Position numbers and translations under genes: made by a program. From a virus: a stretch of 64,000 nt of DNA. The stretch's first letter is position 1. Every line of letters starts with the position of its first letter. The DNA is taken from the IMG/VR virus record IMGVR_UViG_3300031857_022279. One strand, written 5' to 3'. The notes under the pieces were generated by a model that did not search any database, was not told the DNA's origin, and was given only the letters and a program-made list of their open reading frames with translations. Below are positions 7,932-17,544 of the stretch, one piece after another.

Positions 7932-9221
7932 ATGATAAAAAAGTATAACGATTTTATTCTTGAATCTAAAATTCCAAGTCTTATACTTGAAGGTGAATTT
8001 TCTGGTTCAATTAATTTCATTGAAAGATTAAGAAAAATATCCAAGACTAGTAAAGTAGCTGGTGAACTTCATAGACTTTTTGGATTTGAATTAGAGGTGG
8101 ATAAAGATCTATCACAAAACTATATTGATGTGACTGATAAGGATGACACTGTTACTTTCATTTCCGACCAGAGAGTTTCGAGACTTCCACTAGATAGTTC
8201 ACCATATATGTCATCTAGTAGAAGTGAAATAAAAGTCGGAAGATTTGCAAGAGCTATTCTCACTGACCCTGAAATAAAAAAACAAATAGGGTTCACTGCG
8301 ACATTTACAGATAAGGATTTTGAAGATTTTGTAAACTTATATAAGGCTGGTAATACTCAAGTTAAAAACGAGTTTAAGCTAGTCAATAGTTCTAAAATTT
8401 CAAGATATTATTACGAAGATACTTACGCTTATCAAAAAGGCGATCTCGGTAACTCTTGTATGAAATATGAGAGTTGCCAAGACTATTTCGGAATATATGA
8501 AGAAAATAGTGATGTTTGTAGTCTTTTAGTTTATCTTGATTCTGCTGGTTATGTACTTGGAAGAGCACTTGTTTGGAGTGTTTCAAAATCCCCTTGTAGT
8601 GCTAAAAAATTTATGGACAGAATTTATACAGCAAGTGATAGTGATAGATATAAGTTTATAGAGTGGGCAAATGAAAATGATTGTATGTACAAGTACAAAA
8701 ATAGTTCTGACGAGACAGAAGGACTTTTTTTTAAATATAAAGGTGAAATTTTTCTTGGTGAGGTAGTTGTAAATTTGAAAAAAGTTAATTTTGATGAATA
8801 TCCATACGTAGATACTTTAAGATATCTAAACAAAAAAGACAAGACTCTTAGTAATGTCGGTTCAAAAAAAGTTAAAATTCTCAATGATACTGGAGGAGGA
8901 TGGGATCATTGTTGGCATTGTGATGAATCTGGAGTTGATGAAGGAGAATGTCAGGTATGTGATGGTGGTGGAACAGTCAATTGTAAAAAATGCGGAGGTA
9001 CTGGAACTCATGAGGATAAAAAGTGTAAAAAATGTGATGGTGAGGGATGGAGAGATTGTAAAGAATGTGACGGTAGTGGTAGTGTAAAGATACCTTGTCC
9101 TGAATGCGCTGGATCGTACAGATCATCTCTTGAATCTGGTAGTTTTCCTTCAGAGTTAAAAGATTTAGTTAAATCAGAACTAGAGAGAATGAAACTCGAA
9201 AACTCTTATCGACCTAAATAG
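7932..9221 (+). CDS. Protein with CTS-like N-terminus and C-terminal DnaJ-type CxxCxGxG zinc-finger repeats
   Basis: MIKKYNDFILES; CWHCDESG, CQVCDGGG, CKKCGGTG, CKKCDGEG, CKECDGSG, CPECAG. Confidence 0.75.
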   Translation: MIKKYNDFILESKIPSLILEGEFSGSINFIERLRKISKTSKVAGELHRLFGFELEVDKDLSQNYIDVTDKDDTVTFISDQRVSRLPLDSSPYMSSSRSEIKVGRFARAILTDPEIKKQIGFTATFTDKDFEDFVNLYKAGNTQVKNEFKLVNSSKISRYYYEDTYAYQKGDLGNSCMKYESCQDYFGIYEENSDVCSLLVYLDSAGYVLGRALVWSVSKSPCSAKKFMDRIYTASDSDRYKFIEWANENDCMYKYKNSSDETEGLFFKYKGEIFLGEVVVNLKKVNFDEYPYVDTLRYLNKKDKTLSNVGSKKVKILNDTGGGWDHCWHCDESGVDEGECQVCDGGGTVNCKKCGGTGTHEDKKCKKCDGEGWRDCKECDGSGSVKIPCPECAGSYRSSLESGSFPSELKDLVKSELERMKLENSYRPK

Positions 9222-9697
9222 TTGAAAAGTTCGATTATATTCTTAATTGTAAACTGTAGACTTTCTAGATTCTTATTTGTTTGTCTTAAAAACTCAATAT
9301 AATTTTCAATTAATTCAACATTCCTTTGTTCTTCAGAGACGTGAGCTTCTATTAGAAGAGTTTTCTCTCCCATATTTGTTTTGATTCCAAAAGAAGTAGC
9401 ATACCACACAAACTTATCTTGTTTGATTCTTTTAAGTTTTACATCTTGCTTGCTTCTTTTATCCAGGAATACAGATATTTGTTCATTTAAAGATTGTCTG
9501 TAAGTAAGACAAAGTGACTGTGTATCAAGAATTTGTTGCGAAGTTTTTGCAGTTATTTCAAACTTTAACACTTCGAATAGTGGTGTAATTAACTTGGACC
9601 ACTCTTCTCTTTTAGTATTAAAAAAGTCTTCAAGGCGATCATTAGTATCTTTGAGTCTAGAAATTTTATCTAATTCTTCTTGAGAATAAATGTTCAA
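9206..9697 (-). CDS. Probable UvsY-like recombination mediator
   Basis: All-helical 163 aa; C-terminal YIEFLRQTNKNLESLQFTIKNIIE resembles the UvsY C-terminus. Confidence 0.45.
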   Translation of the reverse strand: MNIYSQEELDKISRLKDTNDRLEDFFNTKREEWSKLITPLFEVLKFEITAKTSQQILDTQSLCLTYRQSLNEQISVFLDKRSKQDVKLKRIKQDKFVWYATSFGIKTNMGEKTLLIEAHVSEEQRNVELIENYIEFLRQTNKNLESLQFTIKNIIELFNYLGR

Positions 9698-9774
9698 CTG
9701 TTAAAAAATTATTTTTTATTTATAGTAGGAAAAAGACAAGGAGTTAGATATATAAGTTAAAATTTAATAATTTT

Positions 9775-10194
9775 ATGGTTACATCGAGTCAATGTCAGAA
9801 AAAATATGGAACACCTTCTAAAGATAATAGTTGTATGACACTTTGGGATGTTCCTTCAGCTTTAGAGATTGGAGTTATCCCAAAAAAAATCTATATGAAT
9901 AAAGATATGGTTGATCCCCTTAAAAAGGCTTTCGGTAATCTTATTAGTCGTGGATTTGTTGAAGAATTGAAAACTTGGGATGGTTGTTTTAACATAAGAA
10001 AGAAAAGAGGTGGTACGACCATGAGCCTACATTCCTGGGCCATTGCAGTAGATGTTAACGCTTTTGAGAATGGTTTTGGAAAAGAACCAAAATTGAGTTC
10101 GGGATTTGTAAAATGTTTTACCGATGCCGGTTTTGATTGGGGAGGTACTTGGAAAAAGAAAGATGGTATGCACTTTCAATTATCAAAAATCTAA
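9775..10194 (+). CDS. M15 family Zn peptidase (L-Ala-D-Glu peptidase type endolysin)
   Basis: R...SLHSWAIAVDVN and DGMHFQ motifs. Confidence 0.85.
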   Translation: MVTSSQCQKKYGTPSKDNSCMTLWDVPSALEIGVIPKKIYMNKDMVDPLKKAFGNLISRGFVEELKTWDGCFNIRKKRGGTTMSLHSWAIAVDVNAFENGFGKEPKLSSGFVKCFTDAGFDWGGTWKKKDGMHFQLSKI

Positions 10195-10195
10195 A

Positions 10196-11347
10196 TTACT
10201 TGAGAACATTGACAACTTCAGTGAAGTATTTACACACATCTTCATTTTTTCCATCATAGTCGAATACACTCAAAACGTATCTCATAGCATTCAATCTGCC
10301 TATCTTCTTATCATTTGAGTTTATTATTACCCAAGGAACTCTTGAAGTAGATGTCTTGTTAAACATCTGATTTTTATATTTAGTGATGATGTCCCACTTA
10401 TCAATTACCTTAGCGTCATTTGGAGAAAATTTCCAATATTTTAAAGGCGAAGTTTGTCTAAGTTGAAATCTTAGTTCTTGTTTTTCTCTTGTGATTGAAA
10501 ACCATAACTTTATTACTGTTACTCCACTTTTATAAAGCTTATCTTCCCAAGAATTAACACCTTCCATAAAATCCATATATTGCTCTTCTGTGCAATAACC
10601 CATAGCTGGTTCAACAACCGCTCTATTGTACCAAGATCTATCGAAAAAAACTATCTCACCAGGTTTTGGCAAATATTTTTCATATCTTCCAAACCAGTTT
10701 TGTCTTTCTTCGTCTGTTGGTACACCAAGAGCCACAACTCTGTAGTATTTTGGATTTAAATATTCAGTGAATCTTTTAATTGTAGAACCTTTTCCTGCTG
10801 AATCTCTGCCTTCAAACACTATAGCAACTCTCTCTCCACTTTTAACAATCCACTCTTGTAGTTTTAACAATTCAACTTGAATATCATACTTTTCTTCTTC
10901 ATATTTTCTTTTTGTTAATATTGAAGATTCTCCTTCTATTTTATCAAATTTATCTTCTTCACTCTCAACTGGCTGACCTTCTTCGAATCTATTATCTAGA
11001 CTGTAGTAGTAATCTCTAAACTCTTCTTTTACTTTCCTTTTAGTGTTTCTCTTTTTAAGATCTAAAATTTGTGATATTTTTCTTAAAAATGAATCTATGT
11101 TAAATTGATCAACAACATCTTTTCCTAATTCGGAATTTAATTGTGACAATATTTGAGAAATGTTTATATTATCAAATTTTTTATACTCAATTTTATTTGT
11201 CTTTATATTATATTCTATATTATCAAGAATAGAAGATCTATACTCATCAAGATTTTTCTTAACTTTATCAATTAGATTTGAAAACTCTTCTTTAGATAAT
11301 TTACCTATATTAAGTTCTTCGTTTATAAAATTTATGAATTTCAACAT
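10196..11347 (-). CDS. ppk2: Polyphosphate kinase 2 with an N-terminal extension of about 140 aa
   Basis: FEGRDSAGKGST (Walker A), FDRSWYNR (Walker B), LKYWKFSPND lid region. Confidence 0.93.
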   Translation of the reverse strand: MLKFINFINEELNIGKLSKEEFSNLIDKVKKNLDEYRSSILDNIEYNIKTNKIEYKKFDNINISQILSQLNSELGKDVVDQFNIDSFLRKISQILDLKKRNTKRKVKEEFRDYYYSLDNRFEEGQPVESEEDKFDKIEGESSILTKRKYEEEKYDIQVELLKLQEWIVKSGERVAIVFEGRDSAGKGSTIKRFTEYLNPKYYRVVALGVPTDEERQNWFGRYEKYLPKPGEIVFFDRSWYNRAVVEPAMGYCTEEQYMDFMEGVNSWEDKLYKSGVTVIKLWFSITREKQELRFQLRQTSPLKYWKFSPNDAKVIDKWDIITKYKNQMFNKTSTSRVPWVIINSNDKKIGRLNAMRYVLSVFDYDGKNEDVCKYFTEVVNVLK

Positions 11348-11376
11348 ATGCTATTTTATTTTAGACAATTTATATA

Positions 11377-12282
11377 TTAAATCTTCTTATCAAAAATATA
11401 CAAGTCATAAATAGCATTTCCTTTTACGGTTTTAATGCTTTTTAAAACTTGACCTGTTGTAGAGTCAAGGACTTTAAATACTCCTAAGTTAACTCCTTTA
11501 TCATCTAACACTTTGACAGTATTTCCAGGTTCACCTAACGCTCCTAAAATAGCCAAATATTTATTCCCATAAATACTTTTTAAGAAAGATATTCTTACAT
11601 TTTCAACATTCTTCAAATTGTTTACATAAGCATTATCAAGAGGGCTATTTAAATCCAATTTTGATGATGTGTCTTTTACTCTTATTGTAACAAACTTTCT
11701 CTCATCTTGACTAAGTGTAACTTCTTCTCTATTTTGAATGACGTTTTGTTTAACTAAATTTTGTTGGTTTCTTCTAATCGCATTAAAATCTGCTTTAACA
11801 ATTATCCCGCCTCTCATTCCTTTATCATTCATATTATACCCATTAGGTGGAAGTCTATAGAATGAACCAGTAAACGTCATAGATAAGATTCTATCACTTC
11901 TAAAAAGTCTCCAAATTTTATTTATATGTCTGTTTTTAGATACAGACCACCCATTAAGGTGCCACCCTCTTAAAAGTGGTTTACCTTTAGAAGAACGTCC
12001 GAGTACCATTGGATAAATAACACGTTCATGTCCTGCAAAATGCTTATCTTTCTCACCTTTGTAGTTTATCAAAAATATCATTCCATATTGAATGGCTTTA
12101 ATCATTAACTTTTCATCGTACTTTATTGGTTCATTAATTGGTACGTTTTGAAAGTCTTTAATATTTTTGAGTGAGAAACGAGGAATAAATTCCCTATCTT
12201 CTTTTAAATCATTATAGGATTCTTTTACAATAAATTCTACATTTTTAGTATTAAAGTAAGATTTTGATTGTGAAATATTCAT
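11377..12282 (-). CDS. Protein with a WYL-like domain
   Basis: INYKGE...ERVIYPMVLG...LLRGWHL...WRLFRSDRI pattern. Confidence 0.55.
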   Translation of the reverse strand: MNISQSKSYFNTKNVEFIVKESYNDLKEDREFIPRFSLKNIKDFQNVPINEPIKYDEKLMIKAIQYGMIFLINYKGEKDKHFAGHERVIYPMVLGRSSKGKPLLRGWHLNGWSVSKNRHINKIWRLFRSDRILSMTFTGSFYRLPPNGYNMNDKGMRGGIIVKADFNAIRRNQQNLVKQNVIQNREEVTLSQDERKFVTIRVKDTSSKLDLNSPLDNAYVNNLKNVENVRISFLKSIYGNKYLAILGALGEPGNTVKVLDDKGVNLGVFKVLDSTTGQVLKSIKTVKGNAIYDLYIFDKKI

Positions 12283-12297
12283 AGTCTATATATAAAA

Positions 12298-12330
12298 AAA
12301 CAAAACCCAACCTAAAGTTGGGTTTTGTTT
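12298..12330. terminator. Intrinsic terminator downstream of the M43 protease gene
   Basis: AAACAAAACCCAAC-CTAAA-GTTGGGTTTTGTTT. Confidence 0.8.
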
Positions 12331-12345
12331 CAATATGTTTTATTT

Positions 12346-14265
12346 TTATTCTTTTACAAACTTAATTGTTTTAAATGATTCTCTATCAAAAACAGAAAGG
12401 ATGTAGTATCCTTTTTCACAATTTTGTAAGTTCATTTCTACAAAATTTTTCCCAACTTTCGCTTGGAAATTAGTTTTCTGAACAATCCTGCCAGTAGCAT
12501 CAGTAATAGTAATGTCATAATATGATTCATTTTTTGATTCGAAGTTTACATTAAGAAGTTCTTTTGCTGGGTTTGGGAACACAGAAATTGATTCTAATTT
12601 TTCTCTATCGATTGATACTATTTCAGAAGTACTTTCCGACTCTCTGAATGTTGCTGAACTTGTCGATGCTAATAAATTATAGCAAAGTGTGGAGTTAAAA
12701 GCTCCTGCATACCCAAAAACGTATACCTTGTAAGTTCCTACTGGGCCATTATTATAAATGATTAGTTCTGAAGTTGTGCCACTGTTTAAGGAAGATCCGA
12801 CTTGAACATTTGAAGGGTTGTAAAGTCTTACATCATAATCAGCTGGTAAATTACTAAGATTTATTTTTACATTTCTATTTGTTGTCGTTGTGGTGAATTT
12901 GAAATAGTCTTTATCAGTGCTGGTTGAAATTCTTGCAGTAATTGTTGTATTTACTGGTATAGTTTTAGCAGTGTTTAGACTATTATTCGACTCATAAGTA
13001 TCTGTACAACTAGTTGACTGAGAAAGAGTTGTAAAACTCGATTGAGTTGAGTAATTACTTGTTGTAGTTCCACAAACTGACTGAACTTGGAAATTATAAG
13101 TTGTGTTAGTGGTGAGACCTGTCAGTGAAACTGAAGTTGAAGTCGTGTTCACAGTAGTCCAAGTACTAGATGTGGAAAGCTTCCACTGTAGATTATAAGA
13201 ACTTACTCCCGCAATAGATGACCAAGATATAGTCGCAGTATTAGTTGTTACGATTGATGAAGAAACTCCCGAAGGAACTGAACAGGTTGTTGTATTCGGA
13301 GCAGAACATCCAAGAGATGTCAAAAGAGAAGATCTTGCGCCTCCAGATGTAAAAAGAGCTTGACTTCTTACCGCCTGACCATTTGAGAACATATACATAC
13401 ATGCGTCATCTGTATAATCCATAAAATTCATTGTCATTTCAACAGGAGATCCAGTACAAGTTGAAAGATGTGGATATGTTGGACACCCATAATTTGCAGT
13501 ATTATGAGTTGGTGTATCAGACACTAAGTCACTTCCACAGTTAGCATCTCCCCATATGTGTCTGAGATTTAACCAGTGACCCACTTCGTGTGTTGCTGTT
13601 CTTCCAAGTCCAAATGCTCCTCCAGAAGGATTTGAAACACTACCAACACAAGATGAAGTAAGTACAACTCCATCAGTTGCAACAGTTCCACCTGGAAATT
13701 GAGCGTATCCTAAAACACCACCACTAAGATTACAAACCCAAATGTTTAAATAACTTGAACTAGGCCAAGCATCAAGACCTCCTTGAGCAAAATACTTAAC
13801 AGTATTATTAGTTGAAAAGGATGTTGCTGTTGTTTGTCTTCTTTGAATTCCTGTTGTTGGATTTCCATTCGGATCTCTTGTCGCGAGACAAAATTGTATA
13901 TCCATGTTTCCTGTTGGTTGAAAGACAGAAGGAGTACTAGAATTATCACTGTTTAATTTAGAAAAATCTAAATTTAATTGACTTAACTGTGAGTTTATTT
14001 TAGAGTCACTTATATTTTGTGAAGTAGTATTGTAAACTATGTGAAAAACTACTGGTATTGTTACAATTGCTCTTGATGAGCCATCATAGTTTCTAATAAA
14101 ATCATTTGTAAATTGTTCAATCTGTTCTTGATTGATTTGATAGTTTGGATCAATCAATAATTGACTCTGATGATATTCATCTTGACCACAAATCCGTTGT
14201 GAATATGATTCACTAAATAAAAATAGTGAAACACCTAATAATAGAAAATTAATAAACTTTTTCAT
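12346..14265 (-). CDS. Secreted M43 (ulilysin/pappalysin-like) zinc metalloprotease with FN3, PPC-like and T9SS C-terminal sorting domains
   Basis: Signal peptide MKKFINFLLLGVSLFLFSESYSQ (ATG 14265 preferred over 14313); HEVGHWLNLRHIWGD; Met-turn MNFMDY; FN3 YNFQVQSVC; C-terminal VFPNPAK...GYYIL...TIKFVKE. Confidence 0.9.
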   Translation of the reverse strand: MKKFINFLLLGVSLFLFSESYSQRICGQDEYHQSQLLIDPNYQINQEQIEQFTNDFIRNYDGSSRAIVTIPVVFHIVYNTTSQNISDSKINSQLSQLNLDFSKLNSDNSSTPSVFQPTGNMDIQFCLATRDPNGNPTTGIQRRQTTATSFSTNNTVKYFAQGGLDAWPSSSYLNIWVCNLSGGVLGYAQFPGGTVATDGVVLTSSCVGSVSNPSGGAFGLGRTATHEVGHWLNLRHIWGDANCGSDLVSDTPTHNTANYGCPTYPHLSTCTGSPVEMTMNFMDYTDDACMYMFSNGQAVRSQALFTSGGARSSLLTSLGCSAPNTTTCSVPSGVSSSIVTTNTATISWSSIAGVSSYNLQWKLSTSSTWTTVNTTSTSVSLTGLTTNTTYNFQVQSVCGTTTSNYSTQSSFTTLSQSTSCTDTYESNNSLNTAKTIPVNTTITARISTSTDKDYFKFTTTTTNRNVKINLSNLPADYDVRLYNPSNVQVGSSLNSGTTSELIIYNNGPVGTYKVYVFGYAGAFNSTLCYNLLASTSSATFRESESTSEIVSIDREKLESISVFPNPAKELLNVNFESKNESYYDITITDATGRIVQKTNFQAKVGKNFVEMNLQNCEKGYYILSVFDRESFKTIKFVKE

Positions 14266-14311
14266 CGAATTTTTTATTTTTATATATCTTTTTTTGACTC
14301 TTTTAAAAAAC

Positions 14312-14342
14312 AAAAAAGACCCAAATAAATTTGGGTCTTTTT
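14312..14342. terminator. Intrinsic terminator downstream of the lipoprotein gene
   Basis: AAAAAAGACCCAAA-TAAA-TTTGGGTCTTTTT. Confidence 0.8.
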
Positions 14343-14365
14343 CTTCTTCAATTTTTATTTGTGAA

Positions 14366-14533
14366 TTAGTACTGCAAACTATCTACTGATACTGTATCTA
14401 CTTGAGACTCAGTACACAAAGAGTCAGTTGATACTGAAGTAGAGTCTTGTGAAGTAGTACTAGATTCTGAAGTTCCGCCACCACATGAAACTAAGAAAAT
14501 TGAAGTAAAAGCGATTAAAAAATATTTATTCAT
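14366..14533 (-). CDS. Small lipoprotein (55 aa), missed by the ORF track
   Basis: Hand translation MNKYFLIAFTSIFLVSCGGGTSESSTTSQDSTSVSTDSLCTESQVDTVSVDSLQY*; lipobox LVSC; own terminator downstream. Confidence 0.8.
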   Translation of the reverse strand: MNKYFLIAFTSIFLVSCGGGTSESSTTSQDSTSVSTDSLCTESQVDTVSVDSLQY

Positions 14534-14612
14534 TTGTTTGATTTTAATTACTTATAGTATAGTTTTATAAAGACAGAAAGTTTTATGAGTTACAAAAAAT
14601 TATATATAGACT

Positions 14613-15305
14613 ATGATAAAAACAAGCGAAGATGCTAATAAATATTACCAACTAGTTAATCAATATATCGATGAGTATGTTGAAACCTGGAATATTAAAC
14701 CAACAAATTTAAAATCTTACCTACTTGGAAATAAATCTAATTTACTAAAATTTTTAGAAAGAAGAGGATTGTCCGAAGTATCAAATATTGAAACTGTATT
14801 GTCGGATGTTATTGATGATAGAGTCTCAATGTTTAAAGACTCTGTAATGACTTTTGAAAATTTTAAGTTCCTAGAATCAAATGAATTTCAAATACTTGAT
14901 TTAAGAACTAGTTTATTCAAAGGAGTGCAAAAAGCTTCTATAGATCATGAAAAGATATTAGCTGACTTTTTCGACGTATCTCTATCACAAATTGATGTTA
15001 TTAACAGTGATGAGCATACTTTTTCAATTGACAATGATAAAATTTATGTATTTTCTAACTCTGAAAAATTAATATTAGAAGAAAATATATTGATTCATAT
15101 TTATAATAAACTTAAAGATCAAAAATTAGTTATTAATATTGGAAATCAATTAATTGAAATTTCTTCTGATGTTTATTTAAAGACATATGAAGATTTCAAA
15201 ACAAAAATGACTATTAAAGACGAGTTATCAAACTATATCGCAGCATGTCTTGGTGGAGAATTCAAAGAAGACAATGCAGGAAATTTGATAATCAATATCA
15301 TGTAA
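14613..15305 (+). CDS. Hypothetical protein
   Basis: ORF track; TTATATATAGACT upstream. Confidence 0.7.
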   Translation: MIKTSEDANKYYQLVNQYIDEYVETWNIKPTNLKSYLLGNKSNLLKFLERRGLSEVSNIETVLSDVIDDRVSMFKDSVMTFENFKFLESNEFQILDLRTSLFKGVQKASIDHEKILADFFDVSLSQIDVINSDEHTFSIDNDKIYVFSNSEKLILEENILIHIYNKLKDQKLVINIGNQLIEISSDVYLKTYEDFKTKMTIKDELSNYIAACLGGEFKEDNAGNLIINIM

Positions 15306-15338
15306 CATCATGATTCACTAAACTAATATTTCTCGCCT

Positions 15339-15605
15339 ATGAAATACCTTGAATGTTGGAGTGAATGGAATCCTAAACATTTGTTAATGTCTAAAGAATA
15401 TGTGGATTCTAATTTAGGACAATTGTTTCGTATGTTCCCTCAAGATTCTGAATTGTCTGATGAGGCTAAGTATGATTTTCTTGTCAAATTTTTCTCTGAA
15501 GATCCTGATAGAATAAACACTTATAGTGTTTATAGTGTGGGTAAACCTAATCAAATGAGTGTACCTTCTCTTATGAATATTGGAGGTGTTGTGAAATACC
15601 ACTGA
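15339..15605 (+). CDS. Small hypothetical protein
   Basis: ORF track; MKYLECWSE start. Confidence 0.6.
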   Translation: MKYLECWSEWNPKHLLMSKEYVDSNLGQLFRMFPQDSELSDEAKYDFLVKFFSEDPDRINTYSVYSVGKPNQMSVPSLMNIGGVVKYH

Positions 15606-15648
15606 TGATATTATCGAGAATCTCGATAAATAAAAAATAAATTGAACT

Positions 15649-15951
15649 ATGGACGTTTTCTCATTTTTTAACACCGTACTTGCACTTTCTGCTGCAGTTA
15701 TTGTTCTTAACGAATATGTTTCACGTTTCACTAAGGCTGATGGCCGTTGGTCTAGACTTCAATCTTGGGTAGTTGCTATTTTACTTGGTATCTTTGGTAC
15801 TTGGTTGAATTTAGGCATCTTCGCAGATATGGAATGGAAAGGTGGAATGCTTGTTGGTGTTATTTGTGGTCTAGTGGCTAATGGTATCTTTGATATCGAA
15901 ATGGTTAAGAGACTTCTTGAGACTCTCAGAGTTAGATCTTTGAAAGCTTAA
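15649..15951 (+). CDS. Small membrane protein, holin-like
   Basis: Three hydrophobic segments, GLVANGIFD motif and a basic C-terminus. Confidence 0.55.
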   Translation: MDVFSFFNTVLALSAAVIVLNEYVSRFTKADGRWSRLQSWVVAILLGIFGTWLNLGIFADMEWKGGMLVGVICGLVANGIFDIEMVKRLLETLRVRSLKA

Positions 15952-15969
15952 TTTTATTTTATTAATAAA

Positions 15970-15995
15970 AAAACCCAGTCAATTGACTGGGTTTT
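15970..15995. terminator. Bidirectional intrinsic terminator
   Basis: AAAACCCAGTC-AATT-GACTGGGTTTT between convergent genes. Confidence 0.85.
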
Positions 15996-16010
15996 CTTTT
16001 GAGTTAATTT

Positions 16011-17234
16011 TTAGTTGAAGAAATCTCCTGCGTCGAAAGATTCACTGTCCGGTATTTCTTCGTCAGATTCGACTATTTGGTTGAATTGTTTTTCAACCTG
16101 CTCAATCTCTTCTAGAGATTTGAATCTGAAGTAGTCATTTACTATTGGTGCCATTTTTTCTAACACTTCTTGAGTGAAGATTTCGGGTGTGAATAACTGT
16201 TTAGTAGTAACAGATTTGTCTAGATGATTTATGTACCATCTATTACCGCCTGGTATGAATGTCATTTCTCCCGTTTTCTTGTCGACTTCCATCTTTCCTT
16301 GTGCTATTCCAATTTGTTCGAAATACTCGGCTCTACAGAATGCATCTAGACCAGTATATGGGTTCATTCCGTTTGCAAAAGAGATATCAAATCTAATTTT
16401 TTTCGGTTTAGCTAGTCGGTTTTTTTGTGTTTTGAAGAGAACCGTAATGCCTGATCCACCTAAGTCCATATCATCTTCTTCTCCTGTTTTCAATTTGGAT
16501 TTAGTCATAAATCCGATTACTGATGCTGAATATAGAAGTGATAAACCGCCTTTCATGACAGCTTGTGGAAAAAGGTCCATAGTCAAGTAAGTATGGTTAC
16601 ATACGATCATTGGTATATCTAGATAACCAAGGTCATTATTAATAGATCTAAACATAGAACCGATTGCTTTGGCTTTAGTCATGTCTTGTTTTATATCACC
16701 TTTCAAAAGATCAGCTTTCTCTTTATTGGATGCCATTTGACCTAATGAGTCTAATACTATCATTAATTTTGGCAACTCGAATCCAGCAAGTTTCTGTTCT
16801 TTTAATTCATCTATTAGTTGAGTTAGTGTAATGTTTATGTCTTCAACTTTATTAGATCTGACTAGTCTGAAATTTTCTAAGTCATTACTTACACCGAATT
16901 TGGGAAGATCTTCTAAGTCTACCGCCTGTTCTGTGTCGATGTAAATGACAGAATATCCTGCTTTCTGAGCGTTTTTAGCACAAGAGTATGCTAAGAATGA
17001 CTTTCCAGCTCCTGACTCTCCCGCGAATACACTAATTCTGTTTGTTGCTACACCTCCATTTAATAGTCGTCCAGACATTGCTGCGTCTACTATATAAACA
17101 CCTGTCGATATAAATTTCTTTTCTTTTATTTCTTTCTCAACTTGGATTGGAACTGTCTTCGAAATGTTATCTAAAATAGAACCAATCTTAGAGAACTCAA
17201 ACTTCTTGACTTCTTTTGCTTGTTGTTTTGCCAT
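16011..17234 (-). CDS. uvsX: UvsX/RecA-like recombinase
   Basis: GESGAGKS Walker A, YIDTE, IVLDSLG, VCNHTY, GGLSLLYSAS. Confidence 0.9.
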   Translation of the reverse strand: MAKQQAKEVKKFEFSKIGSILDNISKTVPIQVEKEIKEKKFISTGVYIVDAAMSGRLLNGGVATNRISVFAGESGAGKSFLAYSCAKNAQKAGYSVIYIDTEQAVDLEDLPKFGVSNDLENFRLVRSNKVEDINITLTQLIDELKEQKLAGFELPKLMIVLDSLGQMASNKEKADLLKGDIKQDMTKAKAIGSMFRSINNDLGYLDIPMIVCNHTYLTMDLFPQAVMKGGLSLLYSASVIGFMTKSKLKTGEEDDMDLGGSGITVLFKTQKNRLAKPKKIRFDISFANGMNPYTGLDAFCRAEYFEQIGIAQGKMEVDKKTGEMTFIPGGNRWYINHLDKSVTTKQLFTPEIFTQEVLEKMAPIVNDYFRFKSLEEIEQVEKQFNQIVESDEEIPDSESFDAGDFFN

Positions 17235-17248
17235 GATTAAAATATTTT

Positions 17249-17542
17249 TTATTTATACTTTATATCAGTGGACTCACTCAAAGTTACTAGAACTTTGTTT
17301 AAATTTTCTAAATTAAATTCTTGTAGTGGACTGCCTCCTTTTTTAAGGTAGTCGTTATAGAGATTTAAGTATTCATCATAGGTAACCATTACTCCAAAGA
17401 TATCTGAGTAAAGAACATCTACTAACCCAACCTTTTTCATAGGAGAATTATCCTGTTCTGGATAGTTTGGACCCATATGTTTTCCAACTAGTTCTGTTCC
17501 AGAAATAGCTTCAACAAATTTATTATATCTTTTAATTTTCAC
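17249..17542 (-). CDS. Small protein with CTS-like N-terminus
   Basis: GTG start, MKIKRYNKFVEA. Confidence 0.65.
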   Translation of the reverse strand: MKIKRYNKFVEAISGTELVGKHMGPNYPEQDNSPMKKVGLVDVLYSDIFGVMVTYDEYLNLYNDYLKKGGSPLQEFNLENLNKVLVTLSESTDIKYK

Positions 17543-17544
17543 TT

